Below are positions 27,006-38,378 of a DNA stretch of 64,000 nucleotides, piece by piece. The notes beneath the pieces were generated by a model, which worked only from the letters and a program-made list of their open reading frames with translations, was not told where the DNA came from and did no database searches. The DNA is from Candidatus Omnitrophota bacterium. GTDB lineage: Bacteria; Omnitrophota; Gorgyraeia; Zapsychrales; JANLHA01. The translations under genes were made by a program, and so were the position numbers. The stretch covers positions 7,965 through 71,964 of the forward strand of contig JAKQKX010000023.1 of assembly GCA_029560465.1 (NCBI GenBank), read 5' to 3'. How positions within the stretch are numbered: the stretch's first letter is position 1; every line of letters starts with the position of its first letter.

Positions 27006-29207
27006 CTAGGACTTATTTTTTTGCCACGCCAGAACCAGGGGCACGGCGATAAAAATCGTCGAATACGTCCCGGTGATGAATCCGATGATCAGACTGAGCG
27101 CGAACGTGTTCAAACTCTCCCCCCCGAACAGATATATGGAGGTCACGGTGATCAGCGTCGTGAATGTGGTCAGAATGGTTCGGCTTAATGTCTGGTTGAT
27201 GCTGATGTTGAGGACATCCCGGAATTTTGTTTTTCTTAATTTGGGCATGTTTTCCCGCACCCGGTCATAAATGACGATTGTGTCGTTAATCGAGTAACCG
27301 GTGATGGTCAACAGTGCGGTGATGATGAGCAGGTCTATTTGCCGTCCCATCATGGCCAAAAATCCCACGGTAATCGCCACGTCGTGCAAGAGGGCGATGA
27401 CGCCGGTGGTGGCGAAATCGAAATGGTGGAACCGGAAGCCGACATAGACCAGGATCCCGGCCAGGGCGAACACCACGGCGGACACGGCCCGTTTCCTTAA
27501 GTCTTTTCCCACAACGGGGCCGACGGCTTCAATCCGCAGGATTTGAAACGGATTGTCCGCCATTTTTTCCCTGAACACTTTCATGACCGCCGTGTCCGTA
27601 TCTTGTGCCGAGCGGATGATCACGTCCTCCGGGTGTTTATCGAAGCCCTGAATGACGAGGTCGTGGATGCCATTGGCCTTGAAGATGTCCCGCAGGTCCT
27701 GGGCCTTGACCGGTTTCTGAAAGCGGTATTCCTGAACCTGCCCTCCGGCGAAATCAATCCCGTAAACCGTGTCCTTTTTCTGGAAAAAGGAAAAAAGCCC
27801 GACTCCGATCAGAATGGCAGACAGCGCCGCACAGATATAACGTTTGGACACGAAATCGATGTTCAGTTTTGAAAAAATCTGTAGCATGGGCAGGGACTTC
27901 AGGACTTTCATTTCAATAAGCAGTATGAATAGGGTGCGGTTGATGAAAATCGCGGTAAAAAGGCTGGATAATAAACCGATGGTTAATGTCACGGCAAACC
28001 CCTTGATGGGGCCGGACCCGAATTGGAAGAGCATGAAGGCCGCGATGAGCGTGGTCAAATTGGAGTCCAGGATGGCGGAAAACGCCTTATTAAATCCGCT
28101 TGATGTTGCTGCGTGTATTGGCCGGCCATTGTCAAGTTCTTCCCTGATGCGTTCGTTGATCAGGATATTCGCGTCCACGGCCATGCCCATGGTGAGGATG
28201 ATCCCCGCTATGCCGGGCAAGGTCAGCGTTACTTTTGACCCCGGCAGGAGGTAGTTAAGGGCGCCCATGACACCAACGATAATCACCAAATTGCACAACA
28301 GAACGATATCCGAGATGATGCCGGCTTTCAAATAATAGATCAGCATAAAGATCAGGACCGCGATACCTCCGATAACACTGGCCGTCACCCCGGCGCGGAT
28401 TGAATCCTGGCCCAAAAGCGGTCCGATAGTGCGCTCTTCTTCCACGTGCATGGGCGCGGGCAATGACCCGGAACGCAGGGCTAAAGCGAGCAGGGAAGCT
28501 TCTTCCACGGTGAATTGGCCGGTGATGACACCCCGGCCGCTTAGGATCGGCTCGCTGATATTGGGCGCGGAAAGCACTTCCCCATCCAGCAGGATCGCAA
28601 GGCGGTCATTGACATGGGCGCGGGTCAGCCTCGCGAAGGTTTTAGCTCCGTCGCCGTTTAGGGTAAAACTGATCTGCGGCTCCCCGAAGGCGGCATTGTT
28701 AAAATCGACCATGGCGTTGGCGATCGTATCCCCGGTTAAAGACGGTTTCTCGGCGACCAGGATAAAATCCGTCTTGCCTTTGACCTTTTTGAGCAAATAA
28801 CCCGGCGGGTTGGTCTCGCTTGATAAAGCCTCATTTAAAAGGTTGGGGTCCTCATTGACCAGGCTGAATTCCAGCTGGGCCACCGTTCCGATCAGTTCTT
28901 TCGCCTTGTCACGGTCGGTGACTCCGGGAAGTTGGACGATGATCTGGTCTTCTCCCTGCCTTTGAATAACCGGCTCGGCTACCCCTAACTGGTCAATACG
29001 GTTCCGTAAAATTTCGATAGCCCGGGGCACCGCGTCCTTTTTGGCTTCTTCCTCAAGTTTTTCCGTGTCCACTTTCATGACCAGATGAATGCCGCCTTTC
29101 AGGTCAAGCCCGAGGTTTACTTTCTTGTCTAAAGGTAAAGCAAAGTACAAGGAGGCCGCGATCACGCCCGCCACGACCAGTAAACGTATTTTCAGGTTTT
29201 TGCTCAT
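27006..29207 (-). CDS. secDF: Fused protein translocase SecDF
   Basis: LGLDLKGG, GMAVDANILINERIREE (SecD), GIDFAGG and GYSINDTIVIYDRVRE (SecF) motifs. Confidence 0.96.
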   Translation of the reverse strand: MSKNLKIRLLVVAGVIAASLYFALPLDKKVNLGLDLKGGIHLVMKVDTEKLEEEAKKDAVPRAIEILRNRIDQLGVAEPVIQRQGEDQIIVQLPGVTDRDKAKELIGTVAQLEFSLVNEDPNLLNEALSSETNPPGYLLKKVKGKTDFILVAEKPSLTGDTIANAMVDFNNAAFGEPQISFTLNGDGAKTFARLTRAHVNDRLAILLDGEVLSAPNISEPILSGRGVITGQFTVEEASLLALALRSGSLPAPMHVEEERTIGPLLGQDSIRAGVTASVIGGIAVLIFMLIYYLKAGIISDIVLLCNLVIIVGVMGALNYLLPGSKVTLTLPGIAGIILTMGMAVDANILINERIREELDNGRPIHAATSSGFNKAFSAILDSNLTTLIAAFMLFQFGSGPIKGFAVTLTIGLLSSLFTAIFINRTLFILLIEMKVLKSLPMLQIFSKLNIDFVSKRYICAALSAILIGVGLFSFFQKKDTVYGIDFAGGQVQEYRFQKPVKAQDLRDIFKANGIHDLVIQGFDKHPEDVIIRSAQDTDTAVMKVFREKMADNPFQILRIEAVGPVVGKDLRKRAVSAVVFALAGILVYVGFRFHHFDFATTGVIALLHDVAITVGFLAMMGRQIDLLIITALLTITGYSINDTIVIYDRVRENMPKLRKTKFRDVLNISINQTLSRTILTTFTTLITVTSIYLFGGESLNTFALSLIIGFITGTYSTIFIAVPLVLAWQKNKS

Positions 29208-29234
29208 TGGTTTGTCCTCTCTTTTATATTAACG

Positions 29235-29534
29235 CTATGTTTCGCTGATAGTCGCAATCGCATCTTTATCCACTTCGATTTTTACATTGTCATCAACACG
29301 CAGTATGACCGTGGCCGTCTTGATATTAACGACTGTCCCGTGAATGCCTCCAGCCGTGACAACCTGATCGTTCTTTTTGAGCTTCTCCTGGAGTTCTTTC
29401 TTCTTTTTTTGTTTTTCTTTTTCCTCCGGCCTAAAGACGATGAAATAGAAAATGAACGCGATCACAATGAATGGGATCATTTGTGAAAATTGATTGGCTG
29501 TCGTTTCTACGGGCATAAAGAGACCTTTCTTCAA
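29235..29534 (-). CDS. yajC: Preprotein translocase subunit YajC
   Basis: FYFIVFRP and LKKNDQVVTAGGIHGTV motifs; precedes secDF. Confidence 0.93.
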   Translation of the reverse strand: MKKGLFMPVETTANQFSQMIPFIVIAFIFYFIVFRPEEKEKQKKKKELQEKLKKNDQVVTAGGIHGTVVNIKTATVILRVDDNVKIEVDKDAIATISET

Positions 29535-29576
29535 CCGGGTTAATAAGAAATTCCAGCGAACATCAGGCTCGGGAAT

Positions 29577-29825
29577 TTACCCCTTGGCGGTTTTCTTAAC
29601 CAGGGACCGTACCGTGTCGGTCATCTGGGCTCCTTTTTGAAGCCATTTCTCCAGCTTCTCCTTGTTCAAGGAAATCACCGCCGGTTTTTTTGCCGGGTCA
29701 TAATATCCGAGGATATCCAGGGCCCGTCCCTGTTTGGGGTCGCTCTTGCTTAAAACGACGATCCGGTAGTTATACTTCTTGTTGGCTTTGGCTCCTGCTT
29801 TTTGCAGACGAATGCGTACTTCCAT
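29577..29825 (-). CDS. rpsP: 30S ribosomal protein S16
   Basis: VRIRL, YRIVV, LGYYDP and WLQKGAQMTDTVRSL motifs. Confidence 0.95.
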   Translation of the reverse strand: MEVRIRLQKAGAKANKKYNYRIVVLSKSDPKQGRALDILGYYDPAKKPAVISLNKEKLEKWLQKGAQMTDTVRSLVKKTAKG

Positions 29826-31405
29826 TAATGTGTCCTCCTTCTTCCTTTTTTATAAGCAGCACGTGCTTTTTTTTCTTTGAGGGGACGCGTGGTCCCGTTA
29901 CTCCAAATGTGATGGGCCTGTTCAATGGCTAAAATTTGTGCCCGGGCTTTGTTCATGGTTTCCTGGTATTCGCGGTGAGGCACGGAATCTGCCACGATCC
30001 CCGCGCCGGCCTGAATATAGGCTTTGCCTTGATGCGCGACGATGGTCCGGATCGTGATGCAGGAATCCAGGTTCCCTGAGAAACTAAAATAACCGATGCA
30101 TCCGGCGTAGGGGCCGCGGGCGACGTTTTCCAGGGTGTCAATCAGCTCCATGGCTCTGATTTTCGGGGCGCCGGATACCGTGCCAGCCGGAAAAGCGGCT
30201 TGAAGGACGTCCAGGGAATCTTTCTCAGGCATGAGCCGCCCTTTGACATTCGAGACGATATGCATGACATGGGAATATTTCTCAACGGCCATGAATTCAG
30301 AAACTTCGACGGTGCCTTTCTGACAGACCCGGCCCAGATCATTGCGTCCCAAATCAACCAGCATGATGTGCTCGGCAATCTCTTTAGGGTCGCGCAGGAG
30401 GTCTTCCGCCAGTTTCTTGTCTTCTTGTTCATCCTGGCCTCGCGGACGGGTCCCGGCGATGGGGCGCGTTTCCACGACACCGTCTTCGCAGCGGATAAGA
30501 AGTTCCGGGGAAGATCCGACAATGGCGGTCCCATTGAAATGAAGGTAGTACATGTAGGGTGATGGGTTCAGCGCCCGCAGCATGCGGTAAAGATAAAATG
30601 GCGAAACGGTCATGTCCACTTCAAACCGCTGGGAAAGAACGATCTGGATAATTTCCCCCGCCCGGATTTGTTTCTTGGCTTCCTTCACGATTGTTTCAAA
30701 ACGTTCCTGGGTCATGTTGGACCGCACGTCGAGGGCGCGCGGAGAGCGTCCGCCCAAGAGTGCCTCCGGTTTCAACGGCCGTTTGAGCTTTCTGATGATG
30801 CCTTGTATCGTTTTGACCGCCAGAGAATACGCTTTAATGCGGGCTTTTTCGTTCATACGCTCAGGGACGTGCACGCAATAAACCACTTTAATTTTATGGT
30901 TTAAGTGGTCAAAAATGACCAGGCTTTTAGCGAGGACCAGGAGCATCTCCGGCAGGTTCAAATCATTGTCCGGCTGATCCGGGAGATGTTCAAAGAATCG
31001 CACCATATCGTATCCGAGGTATCCCACCAGGCCGCCGCAAAAGCGAGGCAGTCCGGGGATGGGGACAAACGAGTATTCTTTCATGACATCCCGGATGACC
31101 TCAAGCGGGGAATCCGTTTCCGGAAGCTGGATTTGACGGGTTTGGCCTTTTAAGAGGTCGATCATGTCAACCGTCCGCCCGCGGGCCCGTATGACTTTCT
31201 GGGGATGCGACGCCAGGAATGAAAACTGGGCCACCTTTTTTTCCCCTTCAACGGACTCCAGCAGAAACGAATACCCGTTCTTATCGGCGAGCTTGTAATA
31301 AGCGGATACCGGTGTGTCCAAGTCTCCCAGAATTTCATCATAGACTGGAATGAGGTTCCCTTTTTTCGTCAGTTTTAGAAATTCATTTAAATCCGGTTTT
31401 ATCAT
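29825..31405 (-). CDS. trpE: Anthranilate synthase component I
   Basis: [39 protein letters not shown] and [10 protein letters not shown] motifs. Confidence 0.93.
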   Translation of the reverse strand: MIKPDLNEFLKLTKKGNLIPVYDEILGDLDTPVSAYYKLADKNGYSFLLESVEGEKKVAQFSFLASHPQKVIRARGRTVDMIDLLKGQTRQIQLPETDSPLEVIRDVMKEYSFVPIPGLPRFCGGLVGYLGYDMVRFFEHLPDQPDNDLNLPEMLLVLAKSLVIFDHLNHKIKVVYCVHVPERMNEKARIKAYSLAVKTIQGIIRKLKRPLKPEALLGGRSPRALDVRSNMTQERFETIVKEAKKQIRAGEIIQIVLSQRFEVDMTVSPFYLYRMLRALNPSPYMYYLHFNGTAIVGSSPELLIRCEDGVVETRPIAGTRPRGQDEQEDKKLAEDLLRDPKEIAEHIMLVDLGRNDLGRVCQKGTVEVSEFMAVEKYSHVMHIVSNVKGRLMPEKDSLDVLQAAFPAGTVSGAPKIRAMELIDTLENVARGPYAGCIGYFSFSGNLDSCITIRTIVAHQGKAYIQAGAGIVADSVPHREYQETMNKARAQILAIEQAHHIWSNGTTRPLKEKKARAAYKKGRRRTH

Positions 31406-31767
31406 TTTTTCCTTGGACTCGTTATTTCACGGTAAAAACAGCTTTTTTTCAAAGTATGGCACGCGGCGCCGATTTGCTCTACGGTAATCAGCAGGGTATC
31501 GCAATCGCAGTCATAGCAAATTTTTTTAACATGCTGGAAGTGCCCTGATGTCATGCCCTTCACCCAGTACTCCTGGCGGGAACGGGACCAGAAGCAGGTC
31601 TTCCCTCCTTTCAGGGTTTTTTTCAGCGAGTCGATGTTCATGTACGCCATCATCAGGACCTCTTTGGTTTTATGGTCCTGGATGATCGCGGGAATAAGCC
31701 CGTTGGCGTCAAATTTTAGTTTGTGCAGGGTCCGTGGGGTGATCTGCATTGTTTCAAGCTTGTTCAT
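31402..31767 (-). CDS. hisI: Phosphoribosyl-AMP cyclohydrolase
   Basis: WSRSR...W.KG.TSG, DCDCD and ACH...SCF motifs. Confidence 0.95.
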   Translation of the reverse strand: MNKLETMQITPRTLHKLKFDANGLIPAIIQDHKTKEVLMMAYMNIDSLKKTLKGGKTCFWSRSRQEYWVKGMTSGHFQHVKKICYDCDCDTLLITVEQIGAACHTLKKSCFYREITSPRKK

Positions 31768-32519
31768 AATCGTACCGGTACACCCTTTCCTTTGAGGTAG
31801 TTTTTAATATCCTGAATGGCCAGTTCTCCGTAATGAAATACGGAGGCGGCCAACGCGGCGTCCGCGCCTGTTTGTGCAAGGACGTCCAAGAAATCCCCGG
31901 GCTTCCCAGCGCCGCCGGAGGCGATCACAGGAATGTTGACCGCTTGACAAACCGCTTCCGTCAGGGCCAGGTCATAACCGTTTTTGGTGCCGTCATAATC
32001 CATGCTGGTTAAAAGGATTTCCCCGGCCCCGAGTTCTTCCCCCTTCTTGGCCCATTGGATGGCGTCCAATTCCGTGCGGATACGGCCGCCGTTAATGTAA
32101 ACCGCCCAGTGATCTTGTTCGCGTTTGGCGTCTATGGCCAGGACAATGCACTGGCTCCCGAACCGGTCTGCCGCTTCTTTGAGAATGGCGGGGTTGCGGA
32201 CGGCTGCCGAGTTGATGGACACCTTGTCCGCGCCCGCGTTGAGCAGTTTCCGGATATCCTCAATTCCCGTAATCCCGCCTCCGACCGTAAGCGGCATAAA
32301 GACTTTTTCCGCGGTTGAACGCACGACGTCCAGAATAATCGGCCGTTCCTCGTGGCTGGCGGTGATATCAAGGAAAACAATCTCATCCGCGCCCAGACGG
32401 TTATAACTTTCCGCGATTTCTATGGGATCGCCGGCATCGCGTAATTGAATAAAATTAACGCCTTTGACTACGCGGCCGTTTTTAACATCCAAGCAGGGGA
32501 TTATCCTTTTTGTGAGCAT
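31764..32519 (-). CDS. hisF: Imidazole glycerol phosphate synthase cyclase subunit
   Basis: KRIIPCLDV...[18 protein letters not shown] and ALAASVFH motifs. Confidence 0.97.
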   Translation of the reverse strand: MLTKRIIPCLDVKNGRVVKGVNFIQLRDAGDPIEIAESYNRLGADEIVFLDITASHEERPIILDVVRSTAEKVFMPLTVGGGITGIEDIRKLLNAGADKVSINSAAVRNPAILKEAADRFGSQCIVLAIDAKREQDHWAVYINGGRIRTELDAIQWAKKGEELGAGEILLTSMDYDGTKNGYDLALTEAVCQAVNIPVIASGGAGKPGDFLDVLAQTGADAALAASVFHYGELAIQDIKNYLKGKGVPVRL

Positions 32520-33232
32520 AGCTGAATCGCTTCCTTTAAATCTAAAGTCCCTTCATAAATGGCCCGGCCGGTGATCGCGCCGGTGATGCCCAGTGGTTCC
32601 ATATCCCGGAGCTGCTCAATATCCCGGATATCTTTAATGCCTCCGGAGGCGATGACCGGAATGGTGACCGCCTTGAGCAGTTCTTTGAGGGCGGCGTAGT
32701 TGGGGCCGCTGAGCATTCCGTCGGTTTTAATATCCGTGTAAATCAGGCACGTGAGCCCCATCCGTTCCAAATCCCGGGCAAAATCAGTGGCCTTGATGTG
32801 CGTGACCTTTGTCCATCCTTTTGTCGTCAGATATCCGTCCTTGCAGTCCAGGCTCACGGTGATTTTTTCCGGCCATCGCGCCAGAAGATTTCTTAAAAAC
32901 TCCAGGTTTTCGATGGCTTGAGTGCCTAAAACAACGCGCGCTATGCCGGCGTCAAGCAGCGTGGCGATTTCGGCTTCAGTCCGGATGCCGCCTCCGCATT
33001 GCACCGGGACAGCAACAGCCCGGGTAATTTTAATGATCGTTTCCGTGTTTTGGGGCGTGCCGTTTCGCGCGCCGTCCAGATCAATCACATGCAGCCATGG
33101 GGCTCCGGCTTGTTCCCATGTTTGAGCCACCTGGACAGGGTCGTCCGCGTATTGCGTCGTATCTTGAAAACGTCCCTGTTTGAGCCGGACGACCCTTTTG
33201 TCTTGTATATCTATGGCCGGATAAAGGATCAT
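32501..33232 (-). CDS. hisA: ProFAR isomerase
   Basis: [27 protein letters not shown] and IASGG motifs. Confidence 0.96.
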   Translation of the reverse strand: MILYPAIDIQDKRVVRLKQGRFQDTTQYADDPVQVAQTWEQAGAPWLHVIDLDGARNGTPQNTETIIKITRAVAVPVQCGGGIRTEAEIATLLDAGIARVVLGTQAIENLEFLRNLLARWPEKITVSLDCKDGYLTTKGWTKVTHIKATDFARDLERMGLTCLIYTDIKTDGMLSGPNYAALKELLKAVTIPVIASGGIKDIRDIEQLRDMEPLGITGAITGRAIYEGTLDLKEAIQLCSQKG

Positions 33233-33837
33233 GTGTTCTCAATGAAATTTTTAAGAATGCGCAGCCCGATGTCCTGGCTTTTTTCCGGGTGAAACTGGAC
33301 ACCGAACACGTTTTTATCCCAGACAGAGGACGAGAATGATCTGCCGTACTCCGTTAAACTGGCGGTTATCTCCGGCTTATCCGGTTTTACATAATACGAA
33401 TGGCAAAAATACACGTATGTTTCTAGAGGCAGCCCTTTCCATAAGGGACAATCATCCCGCTGGAAGACGAGCGCATTCCAGCCGATATGGGGAACTTTCT
33501 GGCCCGGAGGGAATCGTTCGACTGTCCCGGTTAGAAGGTTTAATCCCGGGACATCGCCACCTTCCGTGCTTCGGCTGAACAATAATTGAAAACCGAGGCA
33601 GATCCCGAGGAACGGTTTCCCCGTTGTCACGAAGTCTCGTATAATGTCCATGAGCCCCAGTTCGTGTAATTTCTGCATGGCCGGGGCCATGGCCCCGACT
33701 CCCGGGAGGACGAGCCTTTCCGCTTGGGCGACCAGACCGGCCTCGTTGGTGATGGTTGCCCGGGCCCCGGCTTTTTCAAAAGCTTTTTGCACGCTGCGCA
33801 GGTTGCCCATGCCATAATCAATAATCGTAATATCCAT
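33229..33837 (-). CDS. hisH: Imidazole glycerol phosphate synthase glutaminase subunit
   Basis: DYGMGNLRSV, LPGVG, GICLG and QFHPEKS motifs. Confidence 0.97.
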   Translation of the reverse strand: MDITIIDYGMGNLRSVQKAFEKAGARATITNEAGLVAQAERLVLPGVGAMAPAMQKLHELGLMDIIRDFVTTGKPFLGICLGFQLLFSRSTEGGDVPGLNLLTGTVERFPPGQKVPHIGWNALVFQRDDCPLWKGLPLETYVYFCHSYYVKPDKPEITASLTEYGRSFSSSVWDKNVFGVQFHPEKSQDIGLRILKNFIENT

Positions 33838-33875
33838 ATCTGCCTGTTTTAAATTTTAGCGTATTCATTTAATTC

Positions 33876-34484
33876 TTAGTCGATAATTCCTTTTGTCGAA
33901 GGGATCGTTGCGGCCCTGCGAGGGTCGATCTGTGTCGCTTGATCCAGCGCCAGGCCCAGGGATTTAAAAACGGTCTCTAAATTGGTGTGCAGGTCGTCAC
34001 TCTGTCCGCTGACTTGGACAACCAGGGTCGCTCCGAGGCTGTGCGCGAACGATTCCAGTAAATGCTCCATGTAAGAGATCGAGTACCCTTCTTGATCCTG
34101 CCCTTTGGTCAGGTTATGGCTGAAATAGCCCCGTCCGTTGATATCAATGACCGCGTGCCCCAGGGTCGATTCCATCGGCGCGAACCCGGACCCGAAACGG
34201 CGTATTCCTTGTTTTGTATCCAGGGCTTGACTAAAGGTTTTGCCCAGCACGATCCCGATGTCTTCGTTCGTGTGGTGGATATCGATCTCAAGGTCCGCTT
34301 TCTGGACCGTCAGTTCCAGATCAAAAAAGCCGTGAAAAGCGAAGAGCTCAAGCATATGATCAAGAAAACCGATCTGAGTTTTGATCCGGGCTTCTCCCCT
34401 CCCGTCGATATTGAGCTGGCAGGAAATTTCGGTCTCTTTGCTTTTTCTTAGAAAACGGGTTTTCCGTTCACTGGATACGCCCAT
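33876..34484 (-). CDS. hisB: Imidazoleglycerol-phosphate dehydratase (divergent motifs)
   Basis: KETEI, FLDHML, HHTNEDIGI and PSTKG motifs; sits in the his operon. Confidence 0.88.
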   Translation of the reverse strand: MGVSSERKTRFLRKSKETEISCQLNIDGRGEARIKTQIGFLDHMLELFAFHGFFDLELTVQKADLEIDIHHTNEDIGIVLGKTFSQALDTKQGIRRFGSGFAPMESTLGHAVIDINGRGYFSHNLTKGQDQEGYSISYMEHLLESFAHSLGATLVVQVSGQSDDLHTNLETVFKSLGLALDQATQIDPRRAATIPSTKGIID

Positions 34485-34497
34485 GATCGTGATCCTT

Positions 34498-35748
34498 TCA
34501 TCCCTTGGTTTCTGGTTTATGGTGTCCCGTGAAGCGGATCTGCACCGAATCCGCGTGCTTTGTCAGATTTTCCAGCTGCGCGATTTTGATGACGTTGGGA
34601 TAAACTCTTTCCAGGGCGCGCCTGGAAAAGGAAATCACGTGGCTGGTTTTCATAAAGTGGTGCACGCTGAGACCCGAAAAGAAACGGGCGGTCCCCATGG
34701 TCGGTAAGACATGGCTGGGGCCAGCGGCGTAATCTCCAACCGCTGTGGGGCTGTAAGGCCCTAGAAAGATCGCGCCGGCGTTGCGGATTTTCCTGGAGAT
34801 GCTTTTAGGATTGTTCGTCAGGATTTCCAGATGTTCCGGAGCGATCTTATTAACCACGTCCACTGCCTCATCCATATTCTGGACATAAATCCCATAGCCG
34901 TTCGCGAGGCGTTTGCGGACCTGCCGCAGGAGTTGTTTTGACGTTGTCACCAGAATGGCCAATCCCCCCAGATGCTCCATTTGCGCTTCGAGATCAGCGA
35001 TCACAAAATCCGGGTTGCTGAACCGGTTGGCGATAATCACAAGCTCCGAAGGCCCGGCCAGCATGTCAATATCCACAAAGCCGAACAATTGCCGTTTAGC
35101 TTCCGTGACATACATGTTCCCGGGCCCGATAATCATATCCACTTTGGGGACGGTCTTGGTGCCGAGGGCGAGCGCGGCCACGGCCTGCGCGCCTCCCATT
35201 TTATAAATTGAGTTTACTTTCAGCAAATTGGCCACGGCCAGGATATGCGGGTTAATATGCCCCTGGGAGTTCGGGGGTGTCGCGATGATAATATTTTTGA
35301 CGCCGGCGACTTTGGCCGGGATGACGGTCATATAAACGGATGAGACCAAAGGCGCGGTACCGGCCGGGATGTAGATGCCCACCGTCTCCAAAGGATGGAT
35401 ATTTTCTCCCAGTAAAACCCCTTCTTGATCTTTGATGCGGCAGGGCTTGGGGACTTGTTTTTTGTAAAAGAGCGTAACGTTATTAATAATCACTTTCAGG
35501 TTATTGATAAAATCGCTGGTGATATTCTGATACGCCGCGCTGATCTCATTTTCCGCCACGCACAGATCCTTGGGATTTAATTTGGCTTTGTCAAATCGAC
35601 GGGTGTATTTAATGACCGCGTCATCGCCGCGCAACTGGACATCTTCAATGATCTTTTTGACTTTCTCTTCAATGTGCCGTTTGCGGACGTTCTGATGGCG
35701 GTTGTAGATATCTTGGATACCCTGACCGTTGAGTTTAAGGATTTTCAT
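34498..35748 (-). CDS. hisD: Histidinol dehydrogenase
   Basis: GGAQAVAAL, GPGN.YV..AK, IDMLAGPSE, APEHLE and GPSHVLPT motifs. Confidence 0.96.
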   Translation of the reverse strand: MKILKLNGQGIQDIYNRHQNVRKRHIEEKVKKIIEDVQLRGDDAVIKYTRRFDKAKLNPKDLCVAENEISAAYQNITSDFINNLKVIINNVTLFYKKQVPKPCRIKDQEGVLLGENIHPLETVGIYIPAGTAPLVSSVYMTVIPAKVAGVKNIIIATPPNSQGHINPHILAVANLLKVNSIYKMGGAQAVAALALGTKTVPKVDMIIGPGNMYVTEAKRQLFGFVDIDMLAGPSELVIIANRFSNPDFVIADLEAQMEHLGGLAILVTTSKQLLRQVRKRLANGYGIYVQNMDEAVDVVNKIAPEHLEILTNNPKSISRKIRNAGAIFLGPYSPTAVGDYAAGPSHVLPTMGTARFFSGLSVHHFMKTSHVISFSRRALERVYPNVIKIAQLENLTKHADSVQIRFTGHHKPETKG

Positions 35749-38375
35749 GCTGAAGTGTTCCTTTGTTTAATAAAATTCTCGGCCTGCCGCAGCGCGTCCA
35801 CCAGTAAACCCGGGTTCTGGCTGCCGGCTTGGGCCATTGTGTCGCGCCCTCCGCCGTTCCCTTTGATTGCTTCAGCGATCACCTGAATAATCTCCTTCGC
35901 GTTCCAGCCTCCTTTGACAAGCGCTGGGCTCACGACGGCCAGGACCTGCACGTCGTCTTTGCTCCGGGATGCCAAAATGACGATCGCGTCAAACTGCTGT
36001 TTAATAGTGTCAGCGAGTTTTCTCAAGACATTAGTCGCCACGCCATCAAACGTGCGCGTGATGACCCGTGCCCCGTTGAGGTCCCGTGCCTCTGAAAGAA
36101 TTTTGGGAAGCTCCTTGAGCACGGCTTCCGTCTGGTATTTTTCCAGGTCTTTCTCCAACTGCTTCATACGTTGGATTTGCAGAGCGGCGCGTTCGTCTAG
36201 CTCTGTCACCGGTGATTTCATCAATTGGGACAGGCGGCGGAGCAGGTCTTCCCGTTCGTTGATAAATCCCAGGGCCCCGGTGCCGGTTTTGGCTTCGATG
36301 CGCCGGATTCCCTGGGCGATGGCAGACTCGTTTATAATTTTAAAAATCCCGATTTGCCCGGTGGAGTCCAAATGGGTGCCTCCGCACAGCTCAATGGAAA
36401 AATCATCAATTGCCACCACCCGGACTGTGTCGGAATATTTTTCGGCAAAGAACGCCAGCGCGCCGTTATTTTTAGCCTGGTCCAGCGGCATAGTTTTTTT
36501 AGAGACTGTCCCGCAGGTGAGGATACGGTCGTTGACATAGGTTTCCAAGGCACGGATGTCATCAGCGCTCAAGGCCTTGGGATGAGAAAAATCAAACCGC
36601 AGGCGTTCTTCATCAACCATGGAGCCCTGCTGTTGGACATGTTGGCCCAAGATGTGGCGTAAGGCCGCCTGCAACAGATGGGTGGCGGTGTGGTTGCGCA
36701 TAATCGCCATGCGCCGTTTTATGTCGATTTGCGCCGTCACGTTTTCTTCAAGGCTCAGGCCGCCGTTTTCGACCTTCCCGTTATGAATGAAAATGTCGGA
36801 AATTTTGTGCGTGCCAGTGACGCGGATCGTCCCGGACGGCCCCTGGATGACACCGGTGTCGCCGACTTGACCGCCGGATTCCGCGTAAAACGGGGTGGCG
36901 TCCAGCACGCATTGCACTTCCTCCCCTTCCTGTACGGTGGCGCGTTCTTGTGTGTTGACAAAAAGTTTAAGGATCCGCGCCGGGACAGTATTGTGTTCAT
37001 ACCCCAGGAATTGTGTTTTACAAACGTTGAGGTTCAGTTCAGTGTCCGTGAAGACGTCCCCGGCCATTTTGCTGGCTGCCCTGGAACGGCACTGCTGCTG
37101 ATGCATCAGTTGTTTATAAACATCAAGATCCTGGCAGAGAAATTCTTCTGAAACGCCTTTCTTTTTCGCTGTCGCCACGATCACAGAAAGCGGCAGCCCG
37201 TACGTGTCCCGGAATTTGAAATAAGTTTCCCCCCGTTCCCGGGAGGACATGGCGGTTAAATCCAGGGTTTCCAGTTCCGGGATCCGCTGGGAGCGCACTT
37301 GGATGAATGCCTCTTCGGTTTTCTTGATAAGATCGGCGATATCCTCGGCTTTGTCAGCCAATTCCGGGTACTGGTCCTGCATCACCCGGACGACTTCCGG
37401 GACAAGCTGGTAGATGCCGGGTTGTTGCGGCCCGTAAGACAGGGCGATGTTGGCGCTGTCATTGATCAGCCTTTTGACCACGGAACCCCGTTCTTTATTG
37501 GAAGGAATAATCCCGTCAGAGATCGCAAAGACGATAGCCCGGATGTGATCGGCCACGATGCATTCCTCTTCCCAGGAGAGGTCCCCGGGAATGAGCTGCC
37601 GGATTGCCTGGCGGATCCCCACGAATAGGTCCGTATCGAAATTGTTCTTTTTCCCTTGAATGACAGCGGTGAGCCGTTCCAACCCCATGCCGGTATCAAT
37701 ATTCTTGGCAGGTAATGGTTCGAGCACGCCTCCGTCCTTGCGTTCAAATTGGGTGAACACTAGGTTCCATATTTCCGCGAACCGCCCGCAGTCGCAGTCC
37801 GGGTTGCACTCGGGGTTCTGGCATTTCGGGTTCCGCCCGTAGTCGTAAAAGATTTCCGAGCAGGGCCCGCAGGGGCCGTTTGGCCCTTCGGCCCTGGCGT
37901 TGGAAGGCCAGAAATTGCTTTTGTCCCCAAGCCGGACCAGCCTTTGGGGTTGAATTTTTATCGTGTCCAGCCAAATCCCGGCCGCTTCTTCATCATCCTT
38001 ATGCACGGAAACCCATAATTTTTCAGCTGGCAAGTTGACGACTCCGGTCAAAAACTCCCAGGCCCACGTGATGGCTTCTTTCTTGAAGTAGTCTCCGAAC
38101 GAAAAGTTGCCCAGCATTTCAAAGAATGTGTGGTGAAAGTTGGTCTTCCCCACCTGCTCCAGATCATCGGTGCGCAGGCATTTCTGGGAGGATGCGGCCC
38201 GGGTGTACTCGTCAATGTGGCCAAGGAACTGGCGCTTGAATTGTTGCATCCCGGCGGTCGTGAATAGAACCGTCGGGTCATTTTTGGGCACCAAAGAGTC
38301 GCTCCGGATGAGGGCATGCCCCTTTGAGACAAAAAAATCCAGGTATCTTTTTCTGATGGCGGATGCGGTGAGCAT
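35745..38375 (-). CDS. alaS: Alanine--tRNA ligase
   Basis: FTTAGMQQFK, HHTFFEMLGNFSFGDYFK, IDTGMGLER, HTATH and ELCGGTH motifs. Confidence 0.98.
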   Translation of the reverse strand: MLTASAIRKRYLDFFVSKGHALIRSDSLVPKNDPTVLFTTAGMQQFKRQFLGHIDEYTRAASSQKCLRTDDLEQVGKTNFHHTFFEMLGNFSFGDYFKKEAITWAWEFLTGVVNLPAEKLWVSVHKDDEEAAGIWLDTIKIQPQRLVRLGDKSNFWPSNARAEGPNGPCGPCSEIFYDYGRNPKCQNPECNPDCDCGRFAEIWNLVFTQFERKDGGVLEPLPAKNIDTGMGLERLTAVIQGKKNNFDTDLFVGIRQAIRQLIPGDLSWEEECIVADHIRAIVFAISDGIIPSNKERGSVVKRLINDSANIALSYGPQQPGIYQLVPEVVRVMQDQYPELADKAEDIADLIKKTEEAFIQVRSQRIPELETLDLTAMSSRERGETYFKFRDTYGLPLSVIVATAKKKGVSEEFLCQDLDVYKQLMHQQQCRSRAASKMAGDVFTDTELNLNVCKTQFLGYEHNTVPARILKLFVNTQERATVQEGEEVQCVLDATPFYAESGGQVGDTGVIQGPSGTIRVTGTHKISDIFIHNGKVENGGLSLEENVTAQIDIKRRMAIMRNHTATHLLQAALRHILGQHVQQQGSMVDEERLRFDFSHPKALSADDIRALETYVNDRILTCGTVSKKTMPLDQAKNNGALAFFAEKYSDTVRVVAIDDFSIELCGGTHLDSTGQIGIFKIINESAIAQGIRRIEAKTGTGALGFINEREDLLRRLSQLMKSPVTELDERAALQIQRMKQLEKDLEKYQTEAVLKELPKILSEARDLNGARVITRTFDGVATNVLRKLADTIKQQFDAIVILASRSKDDVQVLAVVSPALVKGGWNAKEIIQVIAEAIKGNGGGRDTMAQAGSQNPGLLVDALRQAENFIKQRNTSA

Positions 38376-38378
38376 GGT

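Noticed and set aside
27006-29207. SecD-SecF fusion as a novelty
   Set aside because: This fusion is well known in many bacteria.
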